Shown here: one piece after another, positions 5,350-6,069 of the stretch
How the letters are laid out: each line of letters opens with the position of its first letter
Numbering within the stretch: the first letter of the stretch is position 1
Origin: an uncultured archaeon
Lineage (GTDB): Archaea > Asgardarchaeota > Lokiarchaeia > Sigyniarchaeales > Promethearchaeaceae
Direction of reading: 5' to 3'
Assembly: GCA_964426185.1 (NCBI GenBank)
Contig: CAYRPF010000116.1
Coordinates: 1-6,069, forward strand
Length of the DNA stretch: 6,069 nt
Made by a program: the position numbers and the translations under genes
The notes under the pieces: generated by a model
The model's database searches: none
Told to the model about the DNA's origin: nothing
Seen by the model: the letters and a program-made list of their open reading frames with translations, nothing else

Positions 5350-6069
5350 AAAAATAATTTCCAGTTTTAATACTATTTTTGAATCTACCAAATCCTATAA
5401 TGAAACTGGAGAATTTCCATATGAAATTTTTCAAACACCATTTTGTAATTTAACCATTGACACGGCTGCCTTTCAAGAAATCTGGTTGAAATTATTCCCA
5501 TTTTTTATGAATACTAATGTGAACTCATTAGATTTATTCGTTTCAACTCAGGGGGAAATAATCGATGCTTATATGATTAAAGCCACTGCAGATGGATTAT
5601 TAGAAGCGTTGATTCCTATAAATAAAAAAGAATTTGCAGAAGAACTGATTGACATATCTTTGACACAAAATAATAATTTAAATTTATCAAAGGGTATTTA
5701 CGAGAAATTAGCTCCCAAAATTAAGAAGAAATACCAAATCAGTCTGGGGAATATTCGAATTTATTCTCAAACTTTTATCACTCGATTTCTTGAGATAAAT
5801 CACGCAGCGGTATCCCAAAATGTTGATCTAATCGAAACTATTATAGATTATTTTCTATTATTTCTGAAAGCGCGTGGAAATGATAGATTTTTTGATTTTA
5901 ATGATATCTGTTTTGATTGTTTTCCTGCTACAGATTTTACCAGATTTCTCGATGGACTTGCCGGAACGTTTAAGAAAAAAATTAATTCTAAAATTAAAGA
6001 ATCTCTGAAATTATTCTTAAAATCATGCATTCCTCAGAAAAAATTTACGGTTTCTTTCCAAACTGAGCG
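5339..6069 (+). CDS. Hypothetical protein, 3'-truncated by the window (at least 243 aa), not in the ORF track
   Basis: ATG at 5339 opens a frame with no stop to the window end: MKNEKIISSFNTIFESTKSYNETGEFPYEIFQTPF...IDAYMIKATADGLLEALIPI...YQISLGNIRIYSQTFI...ICFDCFPATDF...KKFTVSFQTE. It has a strong SD and overlaps the upstream gene by 11 nt. Confidence 0.88.
   Translation, partial: MKNEKIISSFNTIFESTKSYNETGEFPYEIFQTPFCNLTIDTAAFQEIWLKLFPFFMNTNVNSLDLFVSTQGEIIDAYMIKATADGLLEALIPINKKEFAEELIDISLTQNNNLNLSKGIYEKLAPKIKKKYQISLGNIRIYSQTFITRFLEINHAAVSQNVDLIETIIDYFLLFLKARGNDRFFDFNDICFDCFPATDFTRFLDGLAGTFKKKINSKIKESLKLFLKSCIPQKKFTVSFQTE

Noticed and set aside
5249-6030. Minus-strand ORFs 5249-5434 and 5848-6030
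   Set aside because: Antisense to longer + strand ORFs. The Phe/Leu/Ser-rich composition of the first simply mirrors Lys/Glu codons on the + strand.

Overview
AT-rich, archaeal-looking window (TTTAAA[T/A] boxes about 29-30 nt before starts, GGAGGTGA ribosome-binding sites, U-tract after a stop). The gene content suggests Asgard/Lokiarchaeia, which is an inference only. It has five co-oriented + strand genes: a class I/II PLP aminotransferase (357-1526); a 69-aa four-cysteine protein that the ORF track missed (1574-1783, perfect SD but only an ACG codon at the start position); an MJ1487/TIGR04013-like B12-binding radical SAM enzyme (1844-3154); a degenerate DUF362-like protein apparently lacking its Cys motifs and carrying two long coiled coils (3259-5349); and an overlapping hypothetical ORF, also absent from the track, that runs off the window end (5339->6069). 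The first 350 nt contain a minus-strand hairpin plus U9 terminator preceded by a foldable segment with no credible ORF (candidate small RNA). No mobile element, CRISPR array, tRNA or rRNA was seen.
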